From positions 94,304,001 through 94,368,000 of the forward strand of contig OZ076409.1 in NCBI GenBank assembly GCA_964187785.1: a stretch of 64,000 nt of DNA, given 5' to 3'. A program made the translations under genes and the position numbers. The notes under the pieces were generated by a model. It was given only the letters and a program-made list of their open reading frames with translations. It was not told the origin of the DNA and made no database searches. Positions 22,394 through 36,200 of the stretch are shown here, one piece after another. The DNA comes from Amphiscolops sp. MND2022 (taxonomy: Eukaryota). The number at the start of each line of letters is the position of its first letter. The first letter of the stretch is position 1.

Positions 22394-24029
22394 AACATTG
22401 TTTTTTGAAAACGGCTAGGTATTTGAAAACATTGAATCGATCTCATTTTCTTCGACCATTTTACTTTGACTTCAGTGACAGATTGCATATTCGCGCAAAT
22501 TGATTCAAACATTCAACGCCCACTAAAAGCTCACTTTCAATGGTCTTTGCAAGTCGCGAGTTTTCCTCTTCTTTTTTCAGGATCTTCAAGTTCGGGTAGT
22601 AATATAGGGCAGAAGTAAGTTTGTAGAAAGCAAGTTTGTAGAAGTTAGTTTGTCAACGAGAACTCCACTGCGCTGCTCTGGCTTGCTCAAAACAGTCGTG
22701 ATTTGGATGATTGGGCATTCCAATGTTTTCAACTCTTCGGTGACCCTGTACGTTGACATTATACTTTGTCGGATAAGTTAAGGGCACTGAAATACATTAA
22801 ATTGAACAATATTACACTCGTTGTTAAAAAGATTGAGAGGCGACACTTTTTCGTTTATCTCGATCGCAGACCTTGGTGTTTGTCAACTCCCCCTCTTGAA
22901 TTCCTACATGATTTCTGATTAGTTGCGACGATCTCTCTTCTGGGAGCGGATAAAGCGGTACTCCCAGAGACAAACCATTAACTGTTGCAGAATCTATGCA
23001 GCCTTGTTTTTTATTGGTCTTGTGATGTTCAAGAGTTTATAAGCTAAAAGATTTTTCAAAAAACAGTTTTTTGCGCTTTTTGAGCATTAAGTCAGCCACT
23101 GACCTTTGACGCTTTTGGGTTTTATCAACCTTCAAGATGATTCTGTTTCCTTTCCCAAACTTCTATAATTTGCCAGAAGTTGATAAAAAAACATGACTAA
23201 CTCAATCCGATCATCTAAAAGTACAAATCAATTGAGGTCTTGTAAATTGATCTTGTTTAGGTCGAGTAGTTTGATGGATATCGCAAAAGCGATCAAGGCT
23301 GATTTGTCAACCATTGATGATACACATGGCACTTGAATGATGACGAAGATCCATGATATCTGATAGTGAAAAAACCATTGAAGTCATTCCAGTTATACAG
23401 CTAACTCTGGCATCGAACATTACCAAGTGCATTTAGAAGCCACGATGACATCAAAATTGTGCAATCATTTCTCTGGTGATAGCCAGCAGCAAGTGGCGAC
23501 TGAAACTAGGAATTTAAAGGACCCGCAATAGAACTTAAAGAACCCGCAATGTTGTAAATATCGTAGATCTCTATCAGATCACTTCAATAATTGCAGAATT
23601 TGAATATAAAGTTGTAGATTTTCATAAAATTTTAGATATATTTTTAGTAGATTATAGGTTTGATACATAATTGAAATTTTCACTTTCCGAATTTTTTTCT
23701 ACAAATCCTATCTAGTTCATCAGCAGAAGTTTCTTTCAGGAGACTCAAACGGAAAGGTTCAATTTATAATCAGGAGCAGGTTTCTGAAGATCACCAACGA
23801 TAGTGAGACATGTTGAAATTAAAATGTGTAGTGGTTTATTGATTGAAATAATTAAATATTGGAAAGGTCGGTAATGCTAAGTTGAGGTTAATCCTGGGTG
23901 CTCAATCAAGAACCTCGGTTTTTCATTTTTGAATCGAAATGCCCTGAGCAAATTATTTTAGTCATTTCCGCCCGAACTTCATCGTTGCTTTGTGTCAGTT
24001 TACCTTACAATTCCTTTGTTTAAAACCAT

Positions 24030-24297
24030 GACTCTTTTCTGTTTTCCCCCCACCACCATTTTTTTGGAAAATTAGTGAAAATCGTATAACAAAAAGACTT
24101 GAATACAAACCAGAAAGCTTCAAATTTACATTCATTCCTAATGTCACAGTTTAGGATTCAGATACAAATTTTATTCACACTTTTTCAATATGTAGTCACA
24201 ATATGTAGTAGCTTCCTGTTTTGAGTCATCAATAAACACTTAATACGAACACAATTATAGTCAAAAAGCGTGAACAATGGGGGGACAGAAAAAAACC
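24030..24297. mobile_element. Internally deleted paralog of the GG-terminal MITE at 43282
   Basis: Same AAAACCAT flanks and TIR remnants. Confidence 0.7.
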
Positions 24298-25689
24298 AAA
24301 ACCATTCAACGCTATATAAGCTTCAGATTTTTGCACATGCTTCTAGGATCAGCGAATGAAAAAATAATAACAAGAGCCGCGTTTTATCAGCAGTCAAAAG
24401 TGACGAAAGTCTCGGCTTTTTTTGGAATGAATGTGGTTTATCTCAGGTAAAAAATGCATATTTCATCAAATGTTCCTACACTGTTCCCATTTCTGTGAAA
24501 TCCATAGTCTATTTTTTACTGTACTGAATCTATCATGGTTTTTGTAACGAAGGTGAATACGGTCTTTTTTAAAAAATTTCTAGCTAGTACTTCATTGAAT
24601 ACACAAAAAGGAAACGAATATTCGTAATAAATTAATCTTGGTATGCCGGAACCGGAAAATGTTTGCTCGTAAAAGCTGTAAAATTCTGAATAATAATTCG
24701 TAAAATGAGTCTCTTGGAAAATTTCATTTTTTAGAGTAGAATGATCTGCTACATAACTCTAAGTATGCATTAAATTGTTTGAAGTCAAGTGTTAAGAATG
24801 CAGCAGCGAAGCAAGATGTCTCAAAAAGGACACAAAAAACAACCGAGGTGAGAGTTTAATTTCACTTACGTTGTTCACATTGTAGCCCAAATTGTTCCAA
24901 TAAAAATAGCTGCCATCTGAAATGGAATCAATTTTGACGTATTTTACATAACAATTCCTGTAAGATTCTAAGATTCCAAATAGCAAAATTTTTCGAAAAC
25001 TTAAAACAACTAAAATTTTTTATATTGGGTATGTTTTCAGTAAAGTTTTCTTACAGAAAAAAAATCAGATTCATCTGAAATGATCACGTTTCAATATTGT
25101 TGATGAATAAACGTGTAGAATTGTTGCTGTCGCAAATTAGGAACAAGAGGCTACAGTGGCACTGCTTGGTTTTTAGTATGTTGGTACAAGAATCATTCTG
25201 GGAAAGATCAAGCACGTCGTTGACGTCACAATTTCACGGTGAAAAACTTAAAATAAAAAACAAGTCTAGTTGGTGGTTTTATGGTCTCCATATTGAGTTC
25301 TCAGGGCTAAAACATCTAGTGGTTGCTCAAAAAGCATATTTTTTTCAAGTACTTGTTACGGAATCAATGTTTTTCCCCGCATTTTTTTGGAAAAAGACTT
25401 CCGTTGATTTCGAAGTACGAAAATACGTTGAAAACCTTGTTTTCTGTTGAAACCAAAGAATCTGGTGGTAAAAAGTGCAGTCATTGATGCGTTACTCAAG
25501 TCCGGTTATCTTCAAACAGTGCAGATGAGAGCCAACGGAACAATTCAAGGTAATAAACCAGCCCCAATGTTCGTCAGTAATCCCAAACGCTTGAACTGAA
25601 AACGAAGCAAAAAAAACTGTTGAAACAGTCCGTGAATCGATCAATTTAACTGTAACGGAGAAATTTATTCCGGAATCACATTGTGACAA

Positions 25690-26250
25690 CTTACTTGTGC
25701 TATACGTACACGAGGCACAAAGAGATACAATACACATTCGCAAATCACATGAAAGATGTCTGCTACGATATCGAACTCCAAGCCTCAGCCGTTGGAAGGC
25801 GAGTCCTTCGTTACCAAAACCACGAGAACTGAAGTTGCAGCCAGATTAGACATCAAAGCTAATAGTTATAGACATCAAAGCTAACAGTTAATGGGTCACG
25901 CGTTCCAACAAAACTTTTTTCGACGTGATAGTTTTCAATCCCCACGCGAAACCATGTGCGAGAGAAATAACTGCATACAATCATCGCGAACCACAGGAAA
26001 GATTAAAATGCATCATTGAAGTTGAGAAAAGCTCGTTTTTTCATCTTTCTATTGCCACCCGGGAGGAAAAAGTAACAGCTGAAGTCATGACATCATTAGC
26101 GATAATGAAAAATTCATACAATTTTTGCTGTTCATTGCGGCGATACTCGGACAAAACTGAAGATCCGCTGTCATATGCTCTCAATGGACTCCTACTAATC
26201 CAACGAAGCCCAGCAAATGTCCTCAGAAAAGTCTTCAACTGTCTGATTCC
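25690..26250 (+). mobile_element. Relic 3' region of an RLE-type (CRE-like) non-LTR retrotransposon; paralog ~45060-45590
   Basis: Frameshifted RHKEIQYTFANHMKDVCYDIE..QPLEGESF..ARLDIKAN..FFDVIVFNPHA..IIEVEKSSF, resembling the RH..RLD..FFDV restriction-like endonuclease region. Confidence 0.6.
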
Positions 26251-27184
26251 AGTTCGTTTTTAGTCGGCGTTTTTTGGGTAAACAAAAAATGCCCTACTCC
26301 TTTAGTGACTTTCTCCAGAACACACACCTCACACATTCCACTTTTTACAGAATTTCTCTAGGCATTCCTACCTTACTAACAAGCAATCTTTGGCTGCCAT
26401 TGTGTACAAAGCTTTTTTCGTTACTAGGCAACTCAGAAGAATTGGTTTTACTCTTTTTTAGCATTGAGACTTCCATTTTTTTTAATTGTCACCAAAGGGC
26501 CCCTTAAGAGCACAGAGGGCTCCTTAGATTTTTTGCCACTATGCGACTTATCCAAGTCTTTTTTTTGAAAAAAAAGGAAATCAAGAAAAAGTTGGAAAAT
26601 TTTCCTCACACAGTTTTTGTTTTTTTTTGAGGTTTTCTGTTAAGGAAAATCGTTTTCTCAGTCGTAGGGCTTTAAGGGTGACATCTTCGTTTATTTTGTG
26701 GGACTAACGAGAGTTTTCTCAAAATATATTGGAAATGTTTTTTGGCACCATGTGATTTTTTTCCGAAAAAATCGATCCGCTCAAAAAGTACCAAGACGCT
26801 CTTGACTTGGAAAAATTTAGCAAAATGAGGCTTTTCTACCGAAAAAGTTCAAGAAATTTTTCGAAAAATTGGGTTTTCTGTTGTGTCCAGTTAGAAAAAA
26901 AGCGGTTTTTGAGTCTTTTGGGTATCCCTTGAGGCATTTTCTGGCTGAGTAAATGTGACACAATTTTCACAATAGTGTCCCTTTGCATATTTGTGCAAAA
27001 AGTGTCTCCTCGTCTTTTTGGGTTTCTCGTCACTATCAGATTCCGTTGGAAAGAGAAAAATCAGACAATAATTTTTTCTCAAAAGTATTGTAAATTGTAT
27101 TAGTATGAGCTTGTTTCAAGTTGTTAAATTTCAAAATTTTAATACATTTTCCAAAAAAGCCTAATTCAACAGCTGGTTTTTTTT

Positions 27185-28328
27185 AGTCGGCGCCTTTTCC
27201 CTTCAGGAAAAAAGCCCGACTGTTACAGTGGCCAGTTTTTTCTTTTTTTTTCGTCAGACCAGAGACCTCATTGTGTATGTACCACTTTTTACAGAAACTA
27301 CTAAAACTACTAAGGCCAAGTCCGGCCAAAGCAAACTTAGTGCAAAGGGTCCCCCTTTCTTTTTTTAAACCTTTTTTACGTACCCTACAAAACCAGACGA
27401 GACCAAAGGGTCCCCTCTTTCATTTTTTTTGGCACTGTGCAAATTTTTTTTCGAAAATTTTTTAATGTTTCAAAAGAGTCCCCTCTTTGAGTGTTTTGAT
27501 ATTTTGCAACAGAAAGTATGTTAAGGAATCCCAAAGGGTCCCCTTTCCATTTTTCGGAACTATGCGATATTTTTCGAAAAAAAGTACGAAGTCTTTTTTA
27601 GTTGGCGCATTTTAGTAGAAAATGTGCCCGACTATTACAGTGGGTAGTTTTTTTTAGACGCGTAAGGTCCACTTTTTTGTTCATTTGTTCAACAACTTCA
27701 AACCTCAACTACTTCAAACCCCAACTACTTCAACCTCAGAAACGCGTCCAAAACGAAAAGAAAAAACAAAACAGACGTCCAAAGATCCCACCTTAGCCCC
27801 ACTTTTTTTCGGCACTATGCGACTTTTTTTTGAAGTTTTTTGGATTGCATCAGAGTCATTGGATTGGTCCCCTCTTCAATTGTTTCGATATTTTGCAACA
27901 CAATGGATGTCGAAAAATTGCAAAGGGTCCCCCCTTTTACATTTTTCGGCACTGTGACACTTTAAAAATCTCATTAAAAAATTTTTTCGGGGAAATTTTT
28001 TCATGTCTCCAAAGGGTCCCCCTTCAATTTTTTTAAATTTTTTGCAACCAGCTGGAGTTTCACAAAGCCCGAAGGGTCCCCCTTTTAAATTTCGAGCCTT
28101 AGATATGGCGCCGACTTTGGCCGTTCTCAGCTTGTTTCAAAAAACTTTTTTTTGTTCTCAGTCGGGGAGAAAGTGATTTCCCAGTCATATCGAGCATGAA
28201 AGGCACACTTTGGGTGTCTCATAAACTGTTTTCAAAGCTTTTCCTGGATACGTCCTGGGCATATTTAAAAAACTTTGCACTTTTTGAGCCTTAGATATAG
28301 CGCCGACTTTAGACGTTCCCGTCTTGTT
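27185..28328 (+). mobile_element. DINE-1/HINE-like element with nested copy (27600-28136)
   Basis: Same termini as 15920-16922. Confidence 0.7.
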
Positions 28329-31300
28329 AGTTCAAACTACTCGTCACATTTTCAAAGATCAGAAATGGGAGACCAAAATAGAAGTAGCCTGAACAATTAG
28401 AACCCTACACATTTGGTAGCATTTCTAGTCAAGTCAGTTTCTTCAAGTTCCTCTGTCACAACTTCATTGGGTTTTGCCTTACTGTTGAGCTGCCTTGTTC
28501 TGACGAGTCATTTGAAAGATTGTCTACCTTTGACGAAAGATTCTCTATCAGCCTCAAAAATTCTTTTTATTCAAACTCGGTGTCTCTTAACCTTTTGGAT
28601 ATTCGGTTTTCGATCCTAATTGAATTATCTTCGAAGTCACATTAGAATGACACAAACTTTCATCAAATGAGGAGCTAAGGATTTCGCTTTCCTCCTGACT
28701 GTCTTCATTTTTCTTTTGGAATTTTTCAGCAATGGTCTAACTGAAAAGAGTTTCGTCGTGGCAACAGTTCAATTAGGTCCGACAGTTTCTTTTGAACTTC
28801 TGGGTAGTGGGTCAGTCCTTTGCCAGACGGTTTTTTTAGAATAATCCAATGAGGCTGGTTCATTTCAGCCAGAAACAAACGATATAAAAATCACCGGATG
28901 TCTTTCATTTGAAACGATTCCGCCTATGGCATCGTTGGTCACACACTGACTTCCGTCTTCAGACAGTTGGACCGGACCAATGACTCATATGGTAGTTTTT
29001 TCGTCAGTAAAATGGAGGCGTTTCGAAATTTTGTTGTCCACTTGTTGGTTGTGTCAGTTTTTCGCACTCCAGAGGTGGGGCTCAAATTAGAAATGAAGTT
29101 TGGGTTGAATCAACCGTAGAAGTTAACTACTCCACAGAATTGTTCCACTTGTCTGACATTGGCCGAAGATAGCCTGTGCAATATTTCAATGACGTTTTGA
29201 CGATCTGGTTGTAATCCCTTTGCTAAATTGAGGTATCAAAAAAAGATATTCGATTGATGATTGGTCGCGCTTTGTTTCATTGGTCGTCAAATTTTTCGTC
29301 CTTCAAGCGGTCCCCACCGCTTCTAATTGCTTCCTTCATTGACTGTCGTTATCTCTAAAGTCCAGGACATCATCTTGAACGATAATAACTCCCGTATAAG
29401 CTTCCAAGGCCTCCTGTTTCTTTTGGAAAAAGGCTGAAGCATTTTGTATACTTCCTGGAGCCTGTTCAGTCAGTACAATCCCCGCGTCGATTTTGTAGTA
29501 GCAGTTGTTCCTGCTTTGTTATCATTTTTCCTTTGATAATATGGTCACGACAGAGTGAATTTTGTCCTTGAATAAAACATTCAGCACCATTATTCTGTGG
29601 AACAGTGTTTCCGTATCTAGCAAAGGTAAGCATCGGTCAATAAGAGATCCGCCCTTTTTGCTATGCCATACTAGTGTGAGGCACTCATCACTTCGCCAAA
29701 TTCGACTAATTCTTTGATTCGCTGATCTTCCAGGTGAGCCAATTCTTTCTTGACTTGATATTGTAAGGCAAATGGGACCTTCCGAGAGGAAAATGGGACA
29801 CCCATCGAATACACGCCTGATAATTCGCTTCGCCAATTCTTCGCGTTCACTTTCACTTCTCAACTGCTCAAAAGGAATACAATTGTGGTACCCAAAGTTG
29901 ACAAGGAGTACATTAGGATTGAAGCTCGAGTTACCAAATAGATTGCACTCATCGTTATCTTGATCAAAATTCATTCTGCACATGGCGTCGGTATGAGGAA
30001 TCGAAGAACATTCGTTGTACTTTTTCTCATGATCAAAGGCCATAACAGAACTGCAAATCTTGTGACTCTTGTTAATACGGTTTTTGGGAGTTCCTTAATT
30101 GATGCAAATATGCTTTCCAGACACAAAAGTCAGTTTCGAGCTTTAATTGCCAGACAATCAAAAACTGCTTCAAACGTTTTTCCAAGAAAACAGTCGGTAG
30201 GGCCTCACGTATAATGTTGCAATACCCTTGCTAAGCTTGCGACAACGCCTTTGATACATATATTACATGTTGCCTTTCCTGAAACAAGACTCCAACAATA
30301 GCTTTCTCAGTTGTGATTGTTACTTCCCTTTTCGGAGAGGAATCAACTTCAGCCTTCCGAATGCACGTTGACATTTTTCAGTTCACTGGAACTCAGCCTC
30401 CAACCTCTGCCTCAGATCTGAAACTGGGGTTTCTTTCGGTGTGAATTTGGATGAACCGGTCGTCGACGTTGATCAATCCACAAAGTTGTTCGACTTCCTT
30501 AACACTTTGGGGATTCTGGGGATACTGGATTATTCGATTTTTGACGAAGCGGTCATCGGGCTCAATCCCGCGTCCTGAATTTGTAAACCGAGAAAAGTGA
30601 TTGTTTCCATCATTGGTCCAGACTTGATTTTCTTGAGCGTGAACCCCTTGTCTTTCATGCGATCCTTAACTGCCTTCCAACGTTTTTCACATTCACTTCT
30701 TGTTCTTCCGTGTATCAGTGCATCGTCCTGAAAACAGTTTGTTCAACCAATTTTAGTGGGAGTTCCCGCTTTTTTGCTGGAACATTCCGGTTGAACTTTC
30801 CATTCCTTGAGGGAGTCGAAGTATTTCAATGAGACCAAGTGTTATGTTGATGACGCAAATGTCTTGCTCTTCATCATCCAGCATTATTTGATTATCGGCA
30901 GATGATAAGTCAATGTTGAAGTGAACCTTTGACATTTACAAATTGTGAAACATTGTTTCTATCTCGGGAAGCAGGTAGACTTCAGTCATGATGTTACCGT
31001 TCACATGAACCCTGAAGTCTGCACAAAATTTACGAGACCCGACTTTTTTTCTTTTGCAACGCGACTGGCGAGTCATTCATGACTCCTCCTGGATCCATTT
31101 GGAGAATAATTCCTTGTGTCTGAAGTTTCGTCAATCCATCGTTGTCCTCGGCTTCCATGGCAAGTGGAATTTTCCGAGACGACAAAAAAAATTTGCGCCA
31201 GGCAAAACTATCACATCAGTCAAGGACGCCTTGTGAATGTGATCAACTCGGTTCAAGTCTCTCCCGATCAATCCGAATTCTTTCTTGGACTTGATAACTG

Positions 31301-33574
31301 CAACATCATCACAATGAATTTTTTCCAATGGGATTTCACACTTTAGATGACCAGGATACTGCGTTCTGTGTCCATTGTACGTTTCAATCCAACGGGGTTA
31401 GTTCGATATGTTAGAGGGTCAATTCTCAGCCAAACTTGCGTTGAGATATTGCTTGAGAGGAAGAAGCAGTGGCGTTTTTTTCACACTGAGTGTAATTTTT
31501 GTTTTCTCTTTCTAGTTTTGTTTTTAATACGAGATATCTCACAAGCTGCTTTTTACCAGATTTATTGTCGGATTCTGATATTCTGAGAGATACTAAAAAG
31601 CAATTGCAATTATTAACATATAAAAAATTGTGCAATTGCATTTAGCAATTATTTCTCGCTCTGCATATTCAATTATCGCGTTTTGCATTTGATTGCAATC
31701 CATGCTCTGAATTCTTGTTCTTCACACACATGATACGCTGATGCTGTTGACTATTAATGAGTTTTTCCTTCAGAACGCGAGGTTTAACTGCACAATCCCA
31801 AGTAGTGTCCTTGTTTCCACAAACTGTGACACTTTTCATCCTTAGCAGGGCAATCAATACTTGGACGAACTGGTTTTTTTCACTCTGTTTACACAGCGCT
31901 GGCTTCTGACGGCGAATCAGAATTCTTTGATTATTGGGGTCACGTTTCCCCGCATATGCAACTACACTTAATGTTGACTGATGAACTGGGCTCTCCGCAA
32001 ATCTCTTGGCCTGTGTTTTATATTGAATGAGAGAGACGAAGCAGTTCCTTCAACTTCAAGTTGTCGTTTGCTGTGATTGCCCAGGGTAACTTGAGATTGG
32101 ATTTCTTGAAATCCGGCGCACCGGTAAATTGTATTCGGATACTTTCAGATTCAAGTTCCGGAGATCGACAGTTTTGCCATAACTCCCAGCCTATCGGAGC
32201 CTAACGATGAAGTCGGTTTCTGCTTCCTCTTCCCCTTGGGACATCTGAAAGGAACCAGTGCAATCTGCAACCACTAGTCTTTCCTACAGCTTCAAGTAAT
32301 TTATGAGATCCTTACGCATGTTTACGATTTCCGTGTCTTCAATGTTTCTGAATGTTAGGAGGCAACCGAGCTCTAACAATGTTTCGAGGCCGCATTGGCT
32401 GAAGAAGGAATGAGTCACCTGATAATCTTTTGCTAGTATTGCGACAGCAGGCGGTCCACTAGTTCCAGGTGTTGCGTCGTTGTCCCGTGCTTGCGCCTCG
32501 AACGCCTTGAGCCACGTTGGCGGAAATAGGTCGAAGGAACGGGATCGAAAATCAGAGTTAGTCCTCTGGTCGACATACCAAAATTTTAAATGGGATCGAA
32601 ACAACTCGGATCGAAATTTTGATTTTTGGGAAACAAATCGAATTGCCGCTGATAAAATTTTCTAGGAAAGTATAAAACGTGTCTAGGATATGTCCCCATT
32701 TCCTCTAGTGCCCCGCGGCCCCTTGGGGCCGCTTATGTTCCCATCTTGCTAAGCGAGGTCGAACAGGAGCACAGACCTGGCGGGAACGGAGATCGCGAAG
32801 CGATCGTACTGGAGCTGGTCTTTGCGACGGATGCAGGTCATTTCGCCTAATGCCATTTCGCCTAAAAATTTAGTTGAGTCATTTCGCCTAAGAAAATTAG
32901 GCGAAATGACCAAACGGGAATAACGTCTAAATACTCATGTTTCGAAAAAGGCTTTCTGAAAGCGAAAGTATCAAAATGTGGGGCATATGCGGTGTATGCA
33001 CACTCGCCCTCACCGTCGCAAAGACCAGCTCCCACTACGATCGCTTCGCGATCTCCGTTCCCGCTAGGTCTTTGCTCCTGTTCGACCTCGCTTAGCAAGA
33101 TGGAACATAAGCGGCCCCAAGGGGCCGCGGGGCACTAGAAGGAATGGGACATATCCGAGGCACGTTTTCTATTTTATATCACTTTTTAGTTTTAGATCTT
33201 AAACGATTTATTTGTTTTCCAATTTCATGTGTTTTTCACGTTTCTGAAAAAAAATTAGGCGAAGTGACCAAAGTAAAAGACGTTTCGCCTAAAAAAATTA
33301 GGCGAAGTGACCAAACACGTTAGGCGAAATGACTTTAGGCGAAATGGCATTAGGCGAAATGGTGAGGGCGAGCGTGCATACACAGCATATGCCCCACATT
33401 ATGATAGTCAATCGACTTGAGGCAAACAAAGAACCTTTTCGAGCCGAAGGCTTCAATCAATTTCGACCGCATTCCATTCGATCCCTGCAATTCGATCAAA
33501 AGGTTCGACCTCTGTCCTTTCGACCAGAAAAATTCGACCTATTTACAGCCACCCTTGTTCGGGATACTTGACAT
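28329..33574 (-). mobile_element. Second copy of the decayed Gypsy internal region (retains 31409-31794, deleted in copy 1)
   Basis: Near-identical to 16930-21249; IDLSSADNQI..RLPQGM in ORF 30753-30935. Confidence 0.75.
32829..33360. mobile_element. MITE family D (CATTTCGCCTAA/TTAGGCGAAATG repeats) carrying an inverted cassette (~32973-33168), inserted inside another cassette
   Basis: Absent from duplication unit 1; removing it restores GCGAC|GGTGAGGG of the cassette; right terminus looks clipped. Confidence 0.8.
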
Positions 33575-34525
33575 TCAACTCCTTTTTATCGGGGCACGGT
33601 AATAAGTCCGAACGCATAAGTTCAATTTTAATTTTAAGAATTTTACTTTCGAATGGACTAAGTTCGAATTTTCCAAAACCGGAACAAGTTCGAATCACTG
33701 TGTTCGAATTTTGAACTAACCGCAGTAAGTATAAAACGTGCCTCTGATGTTTCCTCATTTCATATAGTGCCCCGCGGCCCCTTGGGGCCGCTTATGTTCC
33801 CATCTTGTCAAGCGATGTCGAACAGGAGAACAGCTTCGCGATCTCCCTTCCCGCTAGGTCTTTGCGACAGTGAGGGCGAGCGTGCATACGCCGGATATGC
33901 CCCACATTTCAGTTTTTAGATTCCTTTAGATCCTAGGCGGTGGAGCTCTCAGGATCTTGTGTGAAGGATGTTCAGTTTACCCCGGATATGCCCGATATGA
34001 AAATTCGAAATTGGTGTCTCGAAACTATTCCATTCGAACTTATTGCACCAGTTCAAATTCGGACTTAGTAAATCGAACTTATTGCCCGAAGCCCTGTTTA
34101 TCCATTGGATTTGGTGATGACTATTCAAAATTTTTCCTCACTATCACATATCATGGATCTTCATCAAACAAGTGCTATGTGTATCATCATGTTGGGGGGA
34201 GAAAACACACATCCTTGGTCTGCTAATCGAGAATAATAACTCTAACTATGTGAGTTCTGATGGCTACGAATGACTAACGGCGCTCTGAGTTCAAAAATCT
34301 GTAAGCTCACCTTTAACTTAATAGCTCTTACGGGGTAACAATGGTTCAGAGTAAGGCACTCTGAAAGAGCGCGGTATTTGAGATCGAGTTTTTGTGTGAT
34401 CGAAAAGCGAGATGGAAAATGAGGGATAAACTTTAGAGATCGAATTGTCCCGTTTTTGCTAGGTTTTTCCTCCTGCAAAGCGTTTGAAAGCGTTCAAAAT
34501 CATTTAGGTACTTTTCCTCACCTAA

Positions 34526-36200
34526 TTCCTCACTCTAAACCAACTATTTATCTTTATATGAATAAATAGTTTCATATAAATATGGCGAAGGATAATGATG
34601 ATGTCAACTCTGGTGACAAGACGAGGACAAACTCTACATCCTCCAGCAATGCCGGATGTCCACAAATTGATGACCTTCTAGAGGCAACACCACAAGAATT
34701 TGCAAAGATGACGGGAAAGCTTACTAAGGACTGGCTTCTGTGGCTCCTCAAGGACAGCATCTCGCATCTTCGACAAGCTAAGTCCTCGATTTCCTTATTT
34801 CAATCAATTAACTCTAAAGTTGATGAAGTCAAAGATGTTTTAAAACAAAATCGTACCTCAACTTTCTCTCCAGGTGTATCAAATGACGATCCAAAAAGTT
34901 TTCGATCAGTGCTTAAAAAATCCATGGACGAACGTGACTACGATGCCACTGCTTCTCAATGTGTTGTTTTCTACAATGTAAACGAAAGCAATGACGATGT
35001 TAAAGTTGTCACTGATTGAATGAATAAAATGAAAGTCCCATCAAGCTATGTTAAACGTTCGACCAGACTTGGTAAGAAAAGCACTCTTCCGGAATCTCAT
35101 CCTCGCCCCCGCCCTTTGGAAGTCTTGTTTGATTGTGAACATGATAAACGACTGCTTATGGCCAATGCGCACCTTTTGAAAGGAACAACGTATTTCGTTA
35201 AACCGAAACTTAAATGGGCTGACAGACAAAAAGAAAAATCTCTTTTGAAACTTCGCTATGACCTTATTCAGGAAGGATTTGAGAAAAAATACTTCAGAAT
35301 CCGAGATCTCAAACTCTTTTACAATGGTTCAGAAATAGACGACGCTTGCTCCTTTGATATTATTCGGTCGCAACTCCAATCAGTCAATGTAACAGATAGT
35401 TCTAATTGACTGCATGCAAACGCAAACTTCCTATTTATCAATATCCAAGGCCTCGACACTATATCCAAACAGTGCAAACTTTTAGACTATGTCAACTCTG
35501 AAATGATAGACGTTTTATTCATAACTGAAACTTGGTGGAAGGATCATGTACAATGTACGCTCTTTGGTTGCTTTCAACCTGTTGCAAAGAAAAATAGATC
35601 TAATGGTCCTCGTGGTGGTGTGGTTATTCTTTCTCGTGTTACCTGCAGATTTCCCGCTGAAGAAATTGAACTGGATGGTTTCGACTTTGCTGTTGTTATA
35701 GCTCTTCGACTGAATGAAAGTTCAATTGCTCTAATTATACTTGTGTATCTGCCATTCCCTAGCCCTTACGAAGTATTTGTGGAAAGTATGGCATCCTTAC
35801 TGGAAACAGCAACTTTTTTGTTTGAACAAAAGTATCCCTCAAGAATCTACTCTCATTCATTATGTGTTCTCGGCAATTTTAACTTCCCAAACACTGATTG
35901 GAATCTCATGAATAGTAATTCCAGTAGAGAAAATGATTATCTACAGCTATTTTCTGACTGGGGCCTGCGACCGCTAATTCTCAACGAAAGTACGCATCGT
36001 GATGGCAACACGCTCGACAATATTCTCTGTGGTGTCAATTCCTATCCCCTATCTCTAGAGATTAGGAAACAAAATCTTTTGAGTGATCACTATCCCATAA
36101 TTTTCAAAATTGATGAAAATCTTTCCTGTCCTGAATCGATTCTTTGTGAATTTTCAATATCTAAACATCATGAAATACTAAATTTTGAGAGGAACTGGAT
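34526..36200 (+). mobile_element. 3'-truncated duplicate of the LINE (ORF1 + endonuclease)
   Basis: Nearly identical to 37667-39341; broken at GGAACTGGAT. Confidence 0.9.

Larger units (their letters stand above)
15920..27184 (+). repeat. Segmental duplication unit 1 (~11.3 kb)
   Basis: Collinear with 27185-46470 apart from insertions; paired ORFs (17007/28413, 21632/33957, 25097/44480). Confidence 0.92.

Noticed and set aside
31409..31794. Solo LTR (TGT...ACA) unique to unit 2
   Set aside because: No TSD, and the Gypsy reading frame runs into it; better explained as a deletion in unit 1.
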